A DNA stretch of 64,000 nt from Cyanobacteria bacterium P01_D01_bin.156 (GCA_039024555.1 JBCCQQ010000022.1:20015-84014); one strand, 5' to 3'; numbered from the stretch's first letter, positions 10,875-22,886 are shown. Made by a program: numbers and translations. The notes: generated by a model from the sequence alone, not told the origin.

Positions 10875-11752
10875 AGATCAGACGACGATCTCCCAATCCC
10901 ACCGTGGCCGTGGATACCCTGCGATATCAGGTGAAGGTTCCTGACAGTGAGCCGCACAATATTTTGGAAAAAATTGTCTGGCACAAAGAAGTGGAAGTGG
11001 AGCGACTTCGCGAAAAAACACCGCTGGCTGAACTACAGCGTCAGGTACTGACAGCGCCTCCGGCACTGGACTTTTCAGCAACTTTGCGAGAAGGGAAGAC
11101 TTTTCCAGCAGTGATTGCCGAGGTCAAAAAGGCTTCCCCCAGCAAGGGGGTTATTCGAGAAGATTTTGATCCGGTTGCGATCGCAAAAGCCTACGAACAG
11201 GGAGGGGCCTCTTGTCTCTCTGTCTTGACAGACAAAAAGTTCTTTCAAGGGAGCTTTGACTATTTAGCCCAGGTCCGTCAAGCGGTGAGCCTGCCTCTTT
11301 TGTGTAAGGAATTCATTATTTATCCTTATCAAATTTATCAGGCAAGAGTCCATGGAGCTGACGCAATCCTGCTAATAGCAGCGATTTTGTCCGATAAAGA
11401 TTTGGGCTACTTTACGAGAATTACCAAAGCATTGGGTATGACTGCCCTGGTTGAGGTCCATACGGCTGAAGAACTAGAGCGCGTACTCAATATTGAGCAG
11501 ATCCAAGTAATTGGCGTTAATAACCGCAATCTCGAAGATTTCTCAGTCAGCCTAGATACCACTCACAATCTACTTGATCAGGCATCTGCCCATAGTCGAG
11601 CCGACGAAATTTTATTTGTTAGTGAATCTGGCATCCATCAACATGATGACGTCAGCTATGTCACGCAGGCCGGAGCTCGAGCAATTTTGGTTGGGGAGTC
11701 ACTCATGCGTCAGCCTGATCCCGGTGCCGCTATTGATCAGCTCATAGCCTAA
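10871..11752 (+). CDS. trpC: Indole-3-glycerol phosphate synthase
   Basis: [37 protein letters not shown]. Confidence 0.96.
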   Translation: MKIRRRSPNPTVAVDTLRYQVKVPDSEPHNILEKIVWHKEVEVERLREKTPLAELQRQVLTAPPALDFSATLREGKTFPAVIAEVKKASPSKGVIREDFDPVAIAKAYEQGGASCLSVLTDKKFFQGSFDYLAQVRQAVSLPLLCKEFIIYPYQIYQARVHGADAILLIAAILSDKDLGYFTRITKALGMTALVEVHTAEELERVLNIEQIQVIGVNNRNLEDFSVSLDTTHNLLDQASAHSRADEILFVSESGIHQHDDVSYVTQAGARAILVGESLMRQPDPGAAIDQLIA

Positions 11753-11810
11753 ATAGTCAAACCACTTATTAGTCAGCAGCTTCAGGCTTCCTACTCTGAA
11801 TTGATTTACT

Positions 11811-12047
11811 ATGAACCGACCCATACCTTTGCCATCTCATATCCACTATGAGCTTTTACTACAGCTTTTGGAACGTGAGACTGCTGCTGCTGTATACAAA
11901 CACTCCCCTCAAAAGGAACAGCTCCAAGAATTAATCATCACACTACGTAAGGCCATGTCTCAGCAAAAACAATTAGAACAAAGTTGCAGAGTAGCAGACC
12001 TATCTGTTGAGTATCACTGGTCACTAAATGGCAAATCAGGGAATTAG
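11811..12047 (+). CDS. DUF5340-type small cyanobacterial protein
   Basis: PLPSHIHYELLLQLLER...LIITLRKA..QQKQLE...YHWSLN; this family is typically found downstream of trpC. Confidence 0.8.
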   Translation: MNRPIPLPSHIHYELLLQLLERETAAAVYKHSPQKEQLQELIITLRKAMSQQKQLEQSCRVADLSVEYHWSLNGKSGN

Positions 12048-12078
12048 GTCCCGCAACCAAAACTGACTCACTAAAAAC

Positions 12079-12130
12079 TAATGGCGTGTCTTTCTCTCTT
12101 TCAACTGAGGAAGACACGCCATTAAAATTT
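12079..12130. terminator. Bidirectional terminator hairpin
   Basis: TAATGGCGTGTCTT...AAGACACGCCATTA between convergent genes. Confidence 0.8.
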
Positions 12131-12165
12131 TGCAGCCGCTTATAAACGTTAAAGTGACGGCAAAA

Positions 12166-12279
12166 TTAAGGATGTAGCAATAGGTCAGGGAAGAAACGAT
12201 TAAACTCAATTAGGATGCCAGCAGTAATCGTCATCCAAATAGCAGCTACCACAGGAGCTGTTGAAAGATATCTCATCAT
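12166..12279 (-). CDS. psaJ: Photosystem I subunit IX
   Basis: [37 protein letters not shown]. Confidence 0.97.
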   Translation of the reverse strand: MMRYLSTAPVVAAIWMTITAGILIEFNRFFPDLLLHP

Positions 12280-12389
12280 GATAATTTCGTCCTGAAATAA
12301 GAGCGTCGAACAAGCATGAGCACTGAATGCAGCTGAAAGGTTGTACAAGGATAGCCAAATTCGAACCACACTCAGCACAAAACAATGCT

Positions 12390-12890
12390 TTAGCGAGGAG
12401 AAACAGTGATCTCATCATCCTTAGCAAACATTGCACCAGAGGCCATGTCCTTGAAAGCAGCCAATGGCCACAATGCACCAGACAAAGAAGACTTAATGGC
12501 CAAACTGGTATCAATAATGATTTCCATTTCCTCAGGTTTCTTAGCAGAACGAGCCTCAATCAGATAGGAACGGCCAGCCCAACCAATCCAACCAGCAATG
12601 TATAGGAAAAGAATGCCAGGAATCACAAACTCACCAAGATGAGCTAGATCGCCATCTACCACGATGTGGGGTAAACCATCTTCACCACAAAGCAAGGTGG
12701 AATTTGCATAAAAATCGAAACGTGCCTTAGCTGCATCTGTAGTAGCTGCAGACGCGCGCTGTTGGAACGCAGCAGATTCGCCACAGGGGGTTAAACCCGC
12801 TACATTATCTCCAGCAAGACTGGCGGAAGCAGGTGCTGTAAAACCACACCAGAGGCAAATAACTAGAGCCAGAGCAAACAACCGTCGCAT
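12390..12890 (-). CDS. psaF: Photosystem I subunit III
   Basis: MRRLFAL signal peptide, [37 protein letters not shown]. Confidence 0.97.
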   Translation of the reverse strand: MRRLFALALVICLWCGFTAPASASLAGDNVAGLTPCGESAAFQQRASAATTDAAKARFDFYANSTLLCGEDGLPHIVVDGDLAHLGEFVIPGILFLYIAGWIGWAGRSYLIEARSAKKPEEMEIIIDTSLAIKSSLSGALWPLAAFKDMASGAMFAKDDEITVSPR

Positions 12891-13252
12891 AGAGTGTTTC
12901 CTTTGTGTTTTACAAAAGACAAAAAAATCGTTGCCGACTTCCAGAATGAATTAACCTTCAAGCTAGGTTAGTCACCGTGGTTACTAGAAGTAATCATCCT
13001 TAGGATCAGCAATCCCAAAAAAGTTAAATTCAGAGAATCTCTTAACTTAGATAACCAACTGTAAAGTTGCCTTCATAGGCATGTACCCAAGATGCAAACG
13101 AAATTAGTTGACCAATAACACGTCTAGATCGTTTTAAACCAACCAACGTGCACTAAATTAAGGATCTACTTGACTCCCAGGAATCATACCTTTCCGCCAA
13201 ACCCTGACAGGGAAATTGCTCACAAGACTTTACATGCTGACACAATTCACCA

Positions 13253-14311
13253 ATGGCAAAAATCCTTGCAATTGAAACCAGCTGTGATGAAACAGCCGCG
13301 GCGGTCGTAAGCCAACGACAGGTGTTAAGCAGTGTCGTTGCGTCTCAGATAGATCTCCATCGTCACTACGGGGGTGTAGTTCCAGAATTAGCGTCTCGTG
13401 AACATTTATTAACGGTAGGAGCTACGGTTGAGACGGCACTGGAGCAAGCTCAGCAGTCATGGACGGATATTGACGCTGTTGCCACAACTTGTGCCCCAGG
13501 CCTAGTAGGAGCCCTATTAGTCGGAATGAGTGTTGGCAAAACCCTAGCCATGGTGCACCACAAGCCTTTTTTAGGGATGCACCATCTCGAAGGACACATC
13601 TATGCCGCTTATTTGGATTACCCAGAACTACAACCTCCCTTTCTGTGCCTTCTAGTTTCCGGGGGCCACACAAACTTAATTCGGGTAAATAGCTGTGGCC
13701 ATTACCAACTTTTGGGCAAAACACGAGACGATGCCGCAGGCGAAGCCTTTGACAAAGTCGCCCGTTTATTAGCTCTAGGCTATCCAGGTGGCCCTGCCAT
13801 TGATCGCTTAGCCAAGGAAGGTAACCCTAAAGCCTTTAAGCTCCCGGAGGGAAATATTTCTTTGCCACAAGGGGGCTACCATCCCTACGATGCCAGTTTT
13901 AGCGGATTAAAGACGGCGGTCCTGCGATTAATAGAACGCCTCCAAGCAGAAGACTTAGGCCCTCTACCAGTAGCCGATATAGCAGCGAGTTTTCAGCAAG
14001 CTGTTGTACGGGCACTGACAAAACGTGCTCTTCGCTGTGCACAGGATCAAAATCTATCAACTATTGTGCTCGGTGGAGGGGTTGCAGCCAACAGTAGTCT
14101 GCGTCAAACATTAACGTCTCAGGCAGCGGCTCAAGGTTTAAATGTCCACATTCCCTCGTTAAAATTTTGTACTGATAATGCCGCCATGATGGCCTGTGCT
14201 GCTGGAGAGCATTTTGAACGAGGACATCGTTCCAGTCTAGATTTGGGTGTCTTTTCGCGGCTTGATTTGACAGATATTGACCAACTGTATCAATCATCTA
14301 ACAGCCACTGA
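13253..14311 (+). CDS. tsaD: tRNA N6-adenosine threonylcarbamoyltransferase
   Basis: [49 protein letters not shown]. Confidence 0.97.
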   Translation: MAKILAIETSCDETAAAVVSQRQVLSSVVASQIDLHRHYGGVVPELASREHLLTVGATVETALEQAQQSWTDIDAVATTCAPGLVGALLVGMSVGKTLAMVHHKPFLGMHHLEGHIYAAYLDYPELQPPFLCLLVSGGHTNLIRVNSCGHYQLLGKTRDDAAGEAFDKVARLLALGYPGGPAIDRLAKEGNPKAFKLPEGNISLPQGGYHPYDASFSGLKTAVLRLIERLQAEDLGPLPVADIAASFQQAVVRALTKRALRCAQDQNLSTIVLGGGVAANSSLRQTLTSQAAAQGLNVHIPSLKFCTDNAAMMACAAGEHFERGHRSSLDLGVFSRLDLTDIDQLYQSSNSH

Positions 14312-15171
14312 CGTATCTGGGCTTCAAAGGCATGGGGCTGCTCTAACATCGCAAAGTGACCGCAGCCTTCGAACATTGCGATCGCATCTCTCCCTTGGTG
14401 AAAAAAATGATGAAAGCTAGCCAGGTGGCTGACATAGCGTGGTTCCATCACCATATCTTGAGCACCGGTGACAAAGTACACAGGCTGGGCTAGTTGAGAA
14501 ACAATATTGGGTAGCCGATGCACCTCATCTTCAGTGGTTGAAGCTAATAAAGACTGGGCAGCCGCTTCGAGATCGGCTCGCAGGAAGTCGACTAGACGCT
14601 GGCGCCCCCAACGATAGCTAAGCCGTTGTCTAACCATAACGTTAGAAAAAACCCAAGGCACAATAGGCAAATATTGAAGCCACAATGGCCGCCACCCTAG
14701 CATTTGCTGACCCGCATTCCGAAACTTTTCGAAAGCATTGCGGATGTAAACGCCACCGCCCGCATTTACACAGATAACCCCCTGTATGCGTTGCGGAAAC
14801 AAATGAGCCGCCCACAAGGCAATGCTGCCGCCAAGGGAATGCCCCATCAGCCATACATTGTCTAACCCCAAGACATCCAATAGGGCATTTAAGTCCTGGG
14901 CATATGCCCTAAGCCCATAGTCTGAAGTAGTTACAACAGATTGAGAAGTATGCCGTGATAGCTCTTGGGTAGAGTCACCAAATCCTCGTAAATCATAGGC
15001 TAGGCAAGCAATATCTGGAGCCAGCTGCTCCATTAGGGGGTACCAATAAGCACGACTCAATAGCCAGCCATGAATACAGATCAGTACTGAACGATGTCTT
15101 GAGGTAGACGAAAATAAATTAGGAGTGAAGTCATAGGAATGAGGCACTCCAAGAACAGGCGTCACCACCAT
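14290..15171 (-). CDS. Alpha/beta fold hydrolase
   Basis: [21 protein letters not shown] nucleophile elbow, CGHFAMLE. Confidence 0.9.
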   Translation of the reverse strand: MVVTPVLGVPHSYDFTPNLFSSTSRHRSVLICIHGWLLSRAYWYPLMEQLAPDIACLAYDLRGFGDSTQELSRHTSQSVVTTSDYGLRAYAQDLNALLDVLGLDNVWLMGHSLGGSIALWAAHLFPQRIQGVICVNAGGGVYIRNAFEKFRNAGQQMLGWRPLWLQYLPIVPWVFSNVMVRQRLSYRWGRQRLVDFLRADLEAAAQSLLASTTEDEVHRLPNIVSQLAQPVYFVTGAQDMVMEPRYVSHLASFHHFFHQGRDAIAMFEGCGHFAMLEQPHAFEAQIRQWLLDD

Positions 15172-15296
15172 GATGCAAATAACAGGCGTGTAACGACATT
15201 AAAACTTGAATCAGTCCCACAGAACTCATGCAAGCATTGACATGGAAAAGGTGCAAAGACAATGCCTTAAAGCATCACCAAGCACTTGCTACACTT

Positions 15297-16022
15297 CTAA
15301 TAAAGACCGCTTAACAAACGCTCGCGCATACCATCTGCAATTTTGTGCCCTAAATATTCAGGAATCAAACTTTCATTTGGACCCAATAGGTACAAAATTA
15401 GTCGCGTCCGACCTCTCCACACCAACAGATTAGCATTCACCACAAGTAGATCCTCTTGCCAAATAGCGTACATCACCTTGTAGAACAAACCAGGTTGGTT
15501 ATCCGCCTCAATCAGTAGAGCTGGCAGATGAAAAACAGGATCAACATAAAATTCAGTTTCAACCTTTTCTAAACCCGCGTTGAGATTGAACTCAACACTC
15601 AACATTTCCTCTACCTCGTAGCGGCCTGCCAAAGCCTCACGAATAGCACGACAGGTATTATCAGCCGTTTTTTCACTAAGTGCCTTACCACCTCTGGATA
15701 CTACTAGTTTTACAAATACCAACATGGGTGGATAAATCTGCCCATAGAGACTCAGGCTATGAATTGTCAACCCATAAGCTGCTAAAACCCCAAAAATATC
15801 GCTCAGGAGAAATGATTGATTACGATAGGCAAAATGTAGAGCGCTACGATTGCCTTCGGGTTTAATCTCAATGACGGCTTTTTTAGTTTTGTAGAGCTGA
15901 TAAGCGAGTCGTAAATTTTGTAACTGGATTTCACTACTGACAAATTGCTTATAAAACTTTGGAAACGCTCGGTTGAAACGCTTCAACAATTCCACTGTCG
16001 ATGTCTTTAATCCAGCTGCCAT
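15297..16022 (-). CDS. Conserved cyanobacterial protein with two ACT-like domains
   Basis: NQSFLLSDIFGVLAAYGLTI and IEADNQPGLFYKV..AI resemble tandem ACT domains. Confidence 0.7.
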   Translation of the reverse strand: MAAGLKTSTVELLKRFNRAFPKFYKQFVSSEIQLQNLRLAYQLYKTKKAVIEIKPEGNRSALHFAYRNQSFLLSDIFGVLAAYGLTIHSLSLYGQIYPPMLVFVKLVVSRGGKALSEKTADNTCRAIREALAGRYEVEEMLSVEFNLNAGLEKVETEFYVDPVFHLPALLIEADNQPGLFYKVMYAIWQEDLLVVNANLLVWRGRTRLILYLLGPNESLIPEYLGHKIADGMRERLLSGLY

Positions 16023-16325
16023 AGATTTTCAGAAACTGTACGGGTTATAAACTCACTCGGTGTTCTCCATTGATCAGCCCGACAAACGCTTATCTTTAAA
16101 GGAGGGCATAGTGTGCTCATGCACTGGATAATATGCCCGCAGTAGCTTGTCATCAGTGCTAAAGAACATCATGCCCAGTTACTGGATAAAGCCCGCCCGT
16201 AAAAATGCTCATTGAGATACATCTATTTGCACGACAGTTTATCCATCTGTTACCCAGTTTTGCTAGATTCTAAATCAATGTTTTTACCTTCCTAGGAAAG
16301 GATAGACCTATACTGCTAGAGTTAA

Positions 16326-16874
<549 letters not shown>

Positions 16875-16883
16875 CCTCACAAG

Positions 16884-17306
16884 CTATCTGAACAACTCTT
16901 TAGCTTCAAGAACCCACTGAGATACCTGAGCTACATTTGGGCTGAGGTCAGCTCTTTGCATCAGCTTGATTTGGAGCCGCCTCAGCTGGGCATGGAGTTG
17001 AGTGGCAGGCAAAAGCGCCAACTGCTGCGGGGAACTGATACCAGCATGAAGAAGTAAGCCACAATATTGACAGCCAACACTAGGAATACAGGCTAACTTA
17101 GCTAAGGCAGCCCATTTATTCACGTACTTAATGTGAGAGTTGAGCTGACGGGCAAGTTCTGAGCGCGCTGATTGGTTGCGGGTTGCATTGAGCAGCTGCA
17201 GAGTTGTGGTAATTTTAAGGGCCTTGAGCTGGCATTGGTGCTGCATGGAAACACCTGGTAACTCCTCAATTGCCCAATTTTGAATTCTTACGGATGACAT
17301 CATCAA
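16884..17306 (-). CDS. DUF4332 domain protein (HhH-like)
   Basis: IEELPG, WAALAKLACIPSVGCQYCGLLLHAGISS. Confidence 0.85.
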   Translation of the reverse strand: MMMSSVRIQNWAIEELPGVSMQHQCQLKALKITTTLQLLNATRNQSARSELARQLNSHIKYVNKWAALAKLACIPSVGCQYCGLLLHAGISSPQQLALLPATQLHAQLRRLQIKLMQRADLSPNVAQVSQWVLEAKELFR

Positions 17307-17411
17307 AATTTTGAATTAGAAACTCACAGGGTAAGGAAGAGGGTATATTAGGACAGGTTACAAACCTGCTAAGCTAGAAATCCTAAGGATAGTTTAGAAT
17401 ATGTTTGACTA

Positions 17412-17485
17412 CGGGATGTAGCGCAGCTTGGTAGCGCGCCTGCTTTGGGAGCAGGATGTCGCAGGTTCGAATCCTGTCATCCCGA
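17412..17485 (+). tRNA. trnP: tRNA-Pro (TGG)
   Basis: CGGGATGTAGCGCAGCTTGGTAGCGCG-CCTGC-TTTGGGA-GCAGG...GGTTCGAATCC. Confidence 0.97.
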
Positions 17486-17734
17486 TTTTTATGATTTGAG
17501 TGGGTTAGTAACTTCTGCTCAAATAGCCTGCAGCCAGTATGTTCTACAACCTACTGGCAACTATCTTTGGAAGCGAGTTAGTAGAGCATATGTAACACTC
17601 AAAACTATGCCCTAACGTTCATTTTCACAGTGCTTTCATGTATGACGGACAGGCTAAGCTGTAGTTGTCGTGATGGGTCAGTTGTGTCACTCGGTTAATA
17701 AGTATTTTCAGAGAAATTGAGTCTGGAGGACGTT

Positions 17735-18484
17735 ATGAAAACGATGTTTAGACATCTATTTTTTGGTCTGCTTGGGAGCAGTCTGATCGCGTCAAGCAAT
17801 CCCCCCCTAGCTATGGCACTGTCGGAGGATGAAATACTGGAGAAATTGGCAATCGTTCCTGTATTTATTCTTTTAGAAGAGTCAGGTAGCTGGACTAGGA
17901 ACGTAGTTGATTTACCCAATGACGGTTTAGGTTACGTCGCTGCAATGAGGGTTTTCTTCAACGAAGCCGACTTAATCAGTTTTGTGGAAACAGTTCGTTT
18001 GGAAAATCCCACATTTCATCAGGGAGGCACATTTGGCATTATTGATTTAGCCACTATTATGCGTCGAGGTTCTGAGAACCAGGAAATTCCCCTAAGCCCT
18101 ATTTTTGTTCCATCTACTGAGGCATTTGAAGCAGCCCGAGCTCTGGAGAGTAATTTTAGGGGTGTTCCATTATTTGCTTTACAAGATGCTCCAGGCAGCT
18201 ATCTACCTCTGTCTAGTAATGGAGAGGGAGATGAAACTGTCTTTTCCATGTTTTTTTCTAAGCAGGATGCAGAAATTGTTTTAGACGATATCAATCGCGA
18301 GAACCCGGATAATCCGGTTGTAGCTCAGACGCAGGTAGGCGTGATCTCATTTGCTGACTTTTTGGATAACTTGCGGAACAGTAATGACCAAAAGTTTCAA
18401 TTTGTTCGTTTTGCCCCTGACTCCGAAGTTGTTAATCAGATTCAAAACTTACAAAGAGCGCTGCAAAATCAGCAAGCACCTTAA
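17735..18484 (+). CDS. Tic22 family periplasmic protein (divergent)
   Basis: Signal peptide, then ALSEDEILEKLAIVPVF, F.GVPLF and MFFSKQDA Tic22 motifs. GGAGG RBS before ATG 17735. Confidence 0.75.
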   Translation: MKTMFRHLFFGLLGSSLIASSNPPLAMALSEDEILEKLAIVPVFILLEESGSWTRNVVDLPNDGLGYVAAMRVFFNEADLISFVETVRLENPTFHQGGTFGIIDLATIMRRGSENQEIPLSPIFVPSTEAFEAARALESNFRGVPLFALQDAPGSYLPLSSNGEGDETVFSMFFSKQDAEIVLDDINRENPDNPVVAQTQVGVISFADFLDNLRNSNDQKFQFVRFAPDSEVVNQIQNLQRALQNQQAP

Positions 18485-18570
18485 CGGCTCTATTTAGTTT
18501 TGATTTTATTTTCTCAATAGAAAACCACAGATTGATGAGACGGCCTGGTGACTAGTTCTTGAGAAAAGAT

Positions 18571-19791
18571 CTACGAAAGTTGGAGTAGGAGATTATAAAT
18601 CTGATGAGCAACAGCGAGCTTTGTTCCCTGACTGAGGGGCGTTTGATGGCAGCGACGGTCTATAAAAATGCCCTGATTAAATGGACTACCAAATCCACTC
18701 TCTGGCTGGTCAACTGGATTGGCCACGATAGCATCTAGCCCTTTACGCTGAAGCTTATCTACGGCAGGAGCAGCTATATTTCCAGTTTGTGCAGCAAACC
18801 CAACTAATACTTGCTCGATGCGTTTGTGGACAGCCAGCTTAGCTACGATGTCTGGCACTGCATCTAACGGTAACGGATTTGGTAACTTTGCCTTAGGTAG
18901 CTTACCGATCACCTGCTCTTGGGGACGTAGGTCAGCGACTGCAGCCGCCATGATGATCCAATCTGCGGTACTCACTTGAGATATGAGCGCTGCTTCCATG
19001 TCAGCGGCGCTTACCACCGGTATGGTTTGCACCGTACCGGGAATAGTCTGACGCAGATGGGTTTCCATAGGGCCATGCACTAAGACCACTTGGGCACCTC
19101 GATACATGGCTGCAGTAGCCAGAGCAATCCCCATCCGCCCCGTAGATGGGTTGCCAATATAGCGAACAGCATCGATGTATTCCTGAGTGCTGCCAGTGCT
19201 AATCAGAATTCGTTTGCCTTTTAGATCGCGAGAGCTGCTATGGAGTAAGGATTCTATGGCAGCTAGGATGGCTTGAGGTTCAGCCATACGTCCGGTGCCA
19301 ATGCGATCGCACGCCAACCGTCCAGCCGCTGGCCCTACTGCATGATATCGATCGTCAGTTAGCACCTGCTGCCAGTTGCGTTGAACAGAGGGCTGCAGCC
19401 ACATATCTGTGTTCATCGCCGGAGCTAGCAGCACTGGACAAGTAGATGCCAAAACAGTGTTAGTTAATAAATTATCTGCTAGTCCACCAGCCAACTTACC
19501 CAAGGTATTTGCCGTCAACGGTGCAACCAGAAATAGATCAGCCCACTCCCCCAGTTCAATATGCAAAGGCCGCCCCTGAGAGGCAGACCAAAAGTCCTCA
19601 TCTCTATAAGCTTCGTGTCGGGCCAATGTGGCGAAGGTTAACGCCGATACAAAAGATTCAGCCGCAGAGGTCATAATGACCTTTACCGGCCACTCTCGTT
19701 TAGCAAGGGTGGAAACAACTTCACACACTTTGTAGGCTGCGATACCACCACTTACACCAATGAGCACATTGGCTGCTCTACGTGCTTTCAT
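18571..19791 (-). CDS. coaBC: Bifunctional phosphopantothenoylcysteine decarboxylase/ligase
   Basis: GGIAAYK, HIELG, APLTANT, PAMN, GTGRMAEP, GNPSTGRMG, MAAAVAD, VGFAA. Confidence 0.96.
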   Translation of the reverse strand: MKARRAANVLIGVSGGIAAYKVCEVVSTLAKREWPVKVIMTSAAESFVSALTFATLARHEAYRDEDFWSASQGRPLHIELGEWADLFLVAPLTANTLGKLAGGLADNLLTNTVLASTCPVLLAPAMNTDMWLQPSVQRNWQQVLTDDRYHAVGPAAGRLACDRIGTGRMAEPQAILAAIESLLHSSSRDLKGKRILISTGSTQEYIDAVRYIGNPSTGRMGIALATAAMYRGAQVVLVHGPMETHLRQTIPGTVQTIPVVSAADMEAALISQVSTADWIIMAAAVADLRPQEQVIGKLPKAKLPNPLPLDAVPDIVAKLAVHKRIEQVLVGFAAQTGNIAAPAVDKLQRKGLDAIVANPVDQPESGFGSPFNQGIFIDRRCHQTPLSQGTKLAVAHQIYNLLLQLS

Positions 19792-19801
19792 TTAGCAACG
19801 T

Positions 19802-20023
19802 TTAGGCTTCGTCGTAAGCTTCCATATCTAGAAGATGGACATAGCCTTGAATCAGCTCAGGACGCTGAAACGCAACTGAACGCAGACGATGCCAATCTTG
19901 TAGCCCTTCAAAGGCAGTGGCATATTCGTCTTTCTCTAAACGTTGAGCCAACCGATCCACATCTTCCTGAGTGACATCGGCAATAGGCTTAGTGATGCTA
20001 TTGGAAACTTGAGTTGAAACCAT
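19802..20023 (-). CDS. DUF2555 domain protein
   Basis: LAQRLEKDEY..AFEGLQDWHRLR..AFQRPEL...YVHLLD; usual position upstream of coaBC. Confidence 0.85.
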   Translation of the reverse strand: MVSTQVSNSITKPIADVTQEDVDRLAQRLEKDEYATAFEGLQDWHRLRSVAFQRPELIQGYVHLLDMEAYDEA

Positions 20024-20115
20024 GATGCTGGCTCCTTTGGGCTGGGCGCTGATATTAGTCTATGCGCTATGAGTCTTGCTGTCCCGTAATAGGTTTGAAA
20101 TGTTACACCGATTTC

Positions 20116-20754
20116 TTAAAGTTCTTGACAAAATTTTTGAGCTACTTCTAGAACCTGCAAGCTAATCTCATGTCCCATGGGAAATTCGTGATAATCCACA
20201 GCCATCGCTATGTTATCCAACGCTGATTTTGTACGACGTGCTTGATCAATGGGAACAACCAAATCCTGAACACCATGAACCAACAAAATGGGGCGAGGTG
20301 TGGTCGGAAGCTTTAACGACTGACTATGCATATAACCGCTTAAAACCATCATGCCTGCCAGAGGAAACTCCATCCCGACGTCAAGGGTCATGGCTCCCCC
20401 CTGGGAAAAGCCACCTAATACGGTTTTGTCTAGAGGAATTCCTGTTTGATTGGGCAAAGCCGTCAGCCACTCGATTAAACTCTGTCGGCTTTGTTGTAGG
20501 TCTGCCCGACTGTCACAGGGTTGATCAAAATCAAAAATCGCTGGTAGCGCATACCACATTCGTCCACCTGGAGCTGCCATGCCCCCAGCTACCTGATGGG
20601 GATGGGGGGCATCAGGAAACAGCATTTGGTAATTAGCCAGCTGCATGTAGGGCGCAATGCCAGCCACATCCTGGGCATTGGCACCCCAGCCGTGGAGCAA
20701 GACAAGCAAGTATTCTGCAGTTGGATCGCCAGCAGACAAGGCATGAAGGGACAT
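20116..20754 (-). CDS. Phospholipase/carboxylesterase (alpha/beta hydrolase)
   Basis: LHGWGAN, GFSQGG, HGVQDLVV, MGHEI. Confidence 0.92.
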   Translation of the reverse strand: MSLHALSAGDPTAEYLLVLLHGWGANAQDVAGIAPYMQLANYQMLFPDAPHPHQVAGGMAAPGGRMWYALPAIFDFDQPCDSRADLQQSRQSLIEWLTALPNQTGIPLDKTVLGGFSQGGAMTLDVGMEFPLAGMMVLSGYMHSQSLKLPTTPRPILLVHGVQDLVVPIDQARRTKSALDNIAMAVDYHEFPMGHEISLQVLEVAQKFCQEL

Positions 20755-20980
20755 AAGCAGCGATGGGCAAAGGACCACCACAGATTTTACTGTCCTCTTG
20801 GGAAGGGCTTATCAAAAGAAACAAAATAACGTCGGACTTTGGGCACCGCTCGGGCAACCATCGTCATAGCTGGTACAGCGATCCTTATTTAACCGGTTTT
20901 GTAAGTCCTATCCCTAACTAATCAGAGTTTCGCTGTTTAGTCTCAGGCACTTAACTAGCACTTGACAAGTGGTAGTAACT

Positions 20981-22099
20981 TTAGGTGCCCGTCGAGTTCG
21001 CTGTAGAAAAAGATTCTGAGTCTTTTTTAATATCATCGGGAACGTGAAGGGCTTGCGATAACTCATGCAGATCTGGCCAGGAGGTCTCATCGTCGGCTTT
21101 AACTTTTAGAAGCCTTGTTTTCTGAAAATTTGCTGTATGAAGATTTGCCTTTTCGAGATTAGCGAAAGACAGATTAGCTTCCTCAAAGTTAGTACCAAAA
21201 CAAAAAATTTCTTGTAGCCTGGAACCGTACAAGCTAGCAGCCTTAAAGTTGGCCTGTTCAAGCCAGGACTGCTCAAGATTAGATTGAACCAAAGTAGCTT
21301 CTTGCAAATTAGCCTGAGTAAGAGTGACCTTCTTCAGATTAGCCTGAGAGATCTTTGCTTTCTGAAGATTTGCGTTGGAAAGATTAGCTTCTGACAGGTT
21401 ACTTCCTCTGAGGTCAGCTTCTTGAAAGTTTGTTCTGTAAAGCTGTGCTCCTTGAAGATTCACTCCAATTAGATTGGATTTACTAAGATTAGCTCCGGAA
21501 AGATCAATCCCTTGAAGGTCAGCACCTTTGAGATTTAGTCGCAACCTACTAATGATCTCAGCTTCTGCCAGAAATCGGATCACGCTGCTTTTGCGGTCTA
21601 AATCGTTTTCAAAGCGTCTCAGGATGGATAATGTTCTGGCTCGGATAACATCTAGCGAGGACTCTAATAGTTCCTTATTTTCAGTACTAGCGTTTGCCCC
21701 CCTACTGGCAATAGCCATCAAGTTTTTATCGATCAGCAACGTTGATATTCGATCAAAGTAGAGCTGCAAGACTTCTTCTCGGATTTCGTCCGCATCTTGC
21801 TCCCTTTGCTCTCTGGCAGTGCGCTCAGCTTGCTCCTGCTGAGTTTTCTGGAACCAAGCTCCTAATATCGCCAAAACTAATGGCACTCCCAGCACGTTGA
21901 GGCCATCCCACAAAGATTTACCAGGAGCCTTGACAGTAATATCCTGGGTCTCTGTGCTGGGATTTCCTTGGCTGTCTACGATTTCTCGCTCAATAGTGAC
22001 AGTCGCTAAATCATCTGCGCCGAAACCCCATTTACCCGGCCATACCAAGGTGTTGCACCAATAAGCCCAGTTGCCAATGCTAGACCACTGAGAAGTCAT
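20981..22099 (-). CDS. Pentapeptide repeat protein with N-terminal membrane segment
   Basis: KSLWD.L..LGVP..LA TM motif followed by many A[D/N]LxxA repeats. Confidence 0.9.
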   Translation of the reverse strand: MTSQWSSIGNWAYWCNTLVWPGKWGFGADDLATVTIEREIVDSQGNPSTETQDITVKAPGKSLWDGLNVLGVPLVLAILGAWFQKTQQEQAERTAREQREQDADEIREEVLQLYFDRISTLLIDKNLMAIASRGANASTENKELLESSLDVIRARTLSILRRFENDLDRKSSVIRFLAEAEIISRLRLNLKGADLQGIDLSGANLSKSNLIGVNLQGAQLYRTNFQEADLRGSNLSEANLSNANLQKAKISQANLKKVTLTQANLQEATLVQSNLEQSWLEQANFKAASLYGSRLQEIFCFGTNFEEANLSFANLEKANLHTANFQKTRLLKVKADDETSWPDLHELSQALHVPDDIKKDSESFSTANSTGT

Positions 22100-22313
22100 A
22101 TCTTTTTCCCAATCCAATTGGCGACTGCTTTTCTGGTAGGCAGTGTAGTCTTGAGTCTATCCAAAGCTTTACTGATGTAATTCACCCTACTCGGGATGAT
22201 ACAAGCTCAATTCCGTTGATTTAGAATTTTTGATGCGATTTTGCTAAGCCAGCCTGTTTGAATACCTGTTTGCTTCAGTTCAAATGATTGCTGCGTCAAT
22301 CACGAGAGAGGTA

Positions 22314-22886
22314 TTAAGGATTAGGTAAGGGGGGAAGCATATCTGAGATAGCAACCCTTAATTCCTCAAATGCCATGGCCGAAGCCACCAATGTTTCAGC
22401 CAAAATACTCTGGGCCTGATATCGACCATTTTGGGGTTGTCGAAACTGATAGAGCTGACGTTCCACCACATCTAGAACCCAATACTCCTGAATCCCTGCC
22501 GCCGCGTAAAGAGGGGCTTTGGTCTCCAAATCGTATTTCAGACTCGAATCAGCTATTTCAATGACAAGCAATACTTCATCTGGGGCAGGATGGTGAGTGC
22601 TGTAGTCCAGCAGATCCCGCTTAGCAATGACAATATCAGGCTCTGGTTCAGAATAATTGTCTAATGCGATTGGGTCTTGAACTCTGATAGAAACCTGTTT
22701 TCCCAATGCTAGCTGCCAACATTCTTGCGTCCGTAGTGTTGCCGAAGTATGGGCAAACCCTTTGGCAATCATGGGAATAATTTCTCCATCAATGAGTTCC
22801 GTCCGCTCATTAGCCGCAAGGATGCCCAGTTCACCCATACGCATATATTCATCAACTGTGAAGCGACGGGAGCGACTAGCAACCAT
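22314..22886 (-). CDS. Uma2 family (DUF820) endonuclease-fold protein
   Basis: FTVDEY, ELIDGEI, EPEPD, LVIEIADSSL.YD...K..LYA.AGI.EYW. Confidence 0.92.
   Translation of the reverse strand: MVASRSRRFTVDEYMRMGELGILAANERTELIDGEIIPMIAKGFAHTSATLRTQECWQLALGKQVSIRVQDPIALDNYSEPEPDIVIAKRDLLDYSTHHPAPDEVLLVIEIADSSLKYDLETKAPLYAAAGIQEYWVLDVVERQLYQFRQPQNGRYQAQSILAETLVASAMAFEELRVAISDMLPPLPNP

Noticed and set aside
17460..17485. tRNA 3'-end duplication marking an integrated island
   Set aside because: No second copy of any tRNA 3' end was seen; only a chance match of about 9 nt near 52309.
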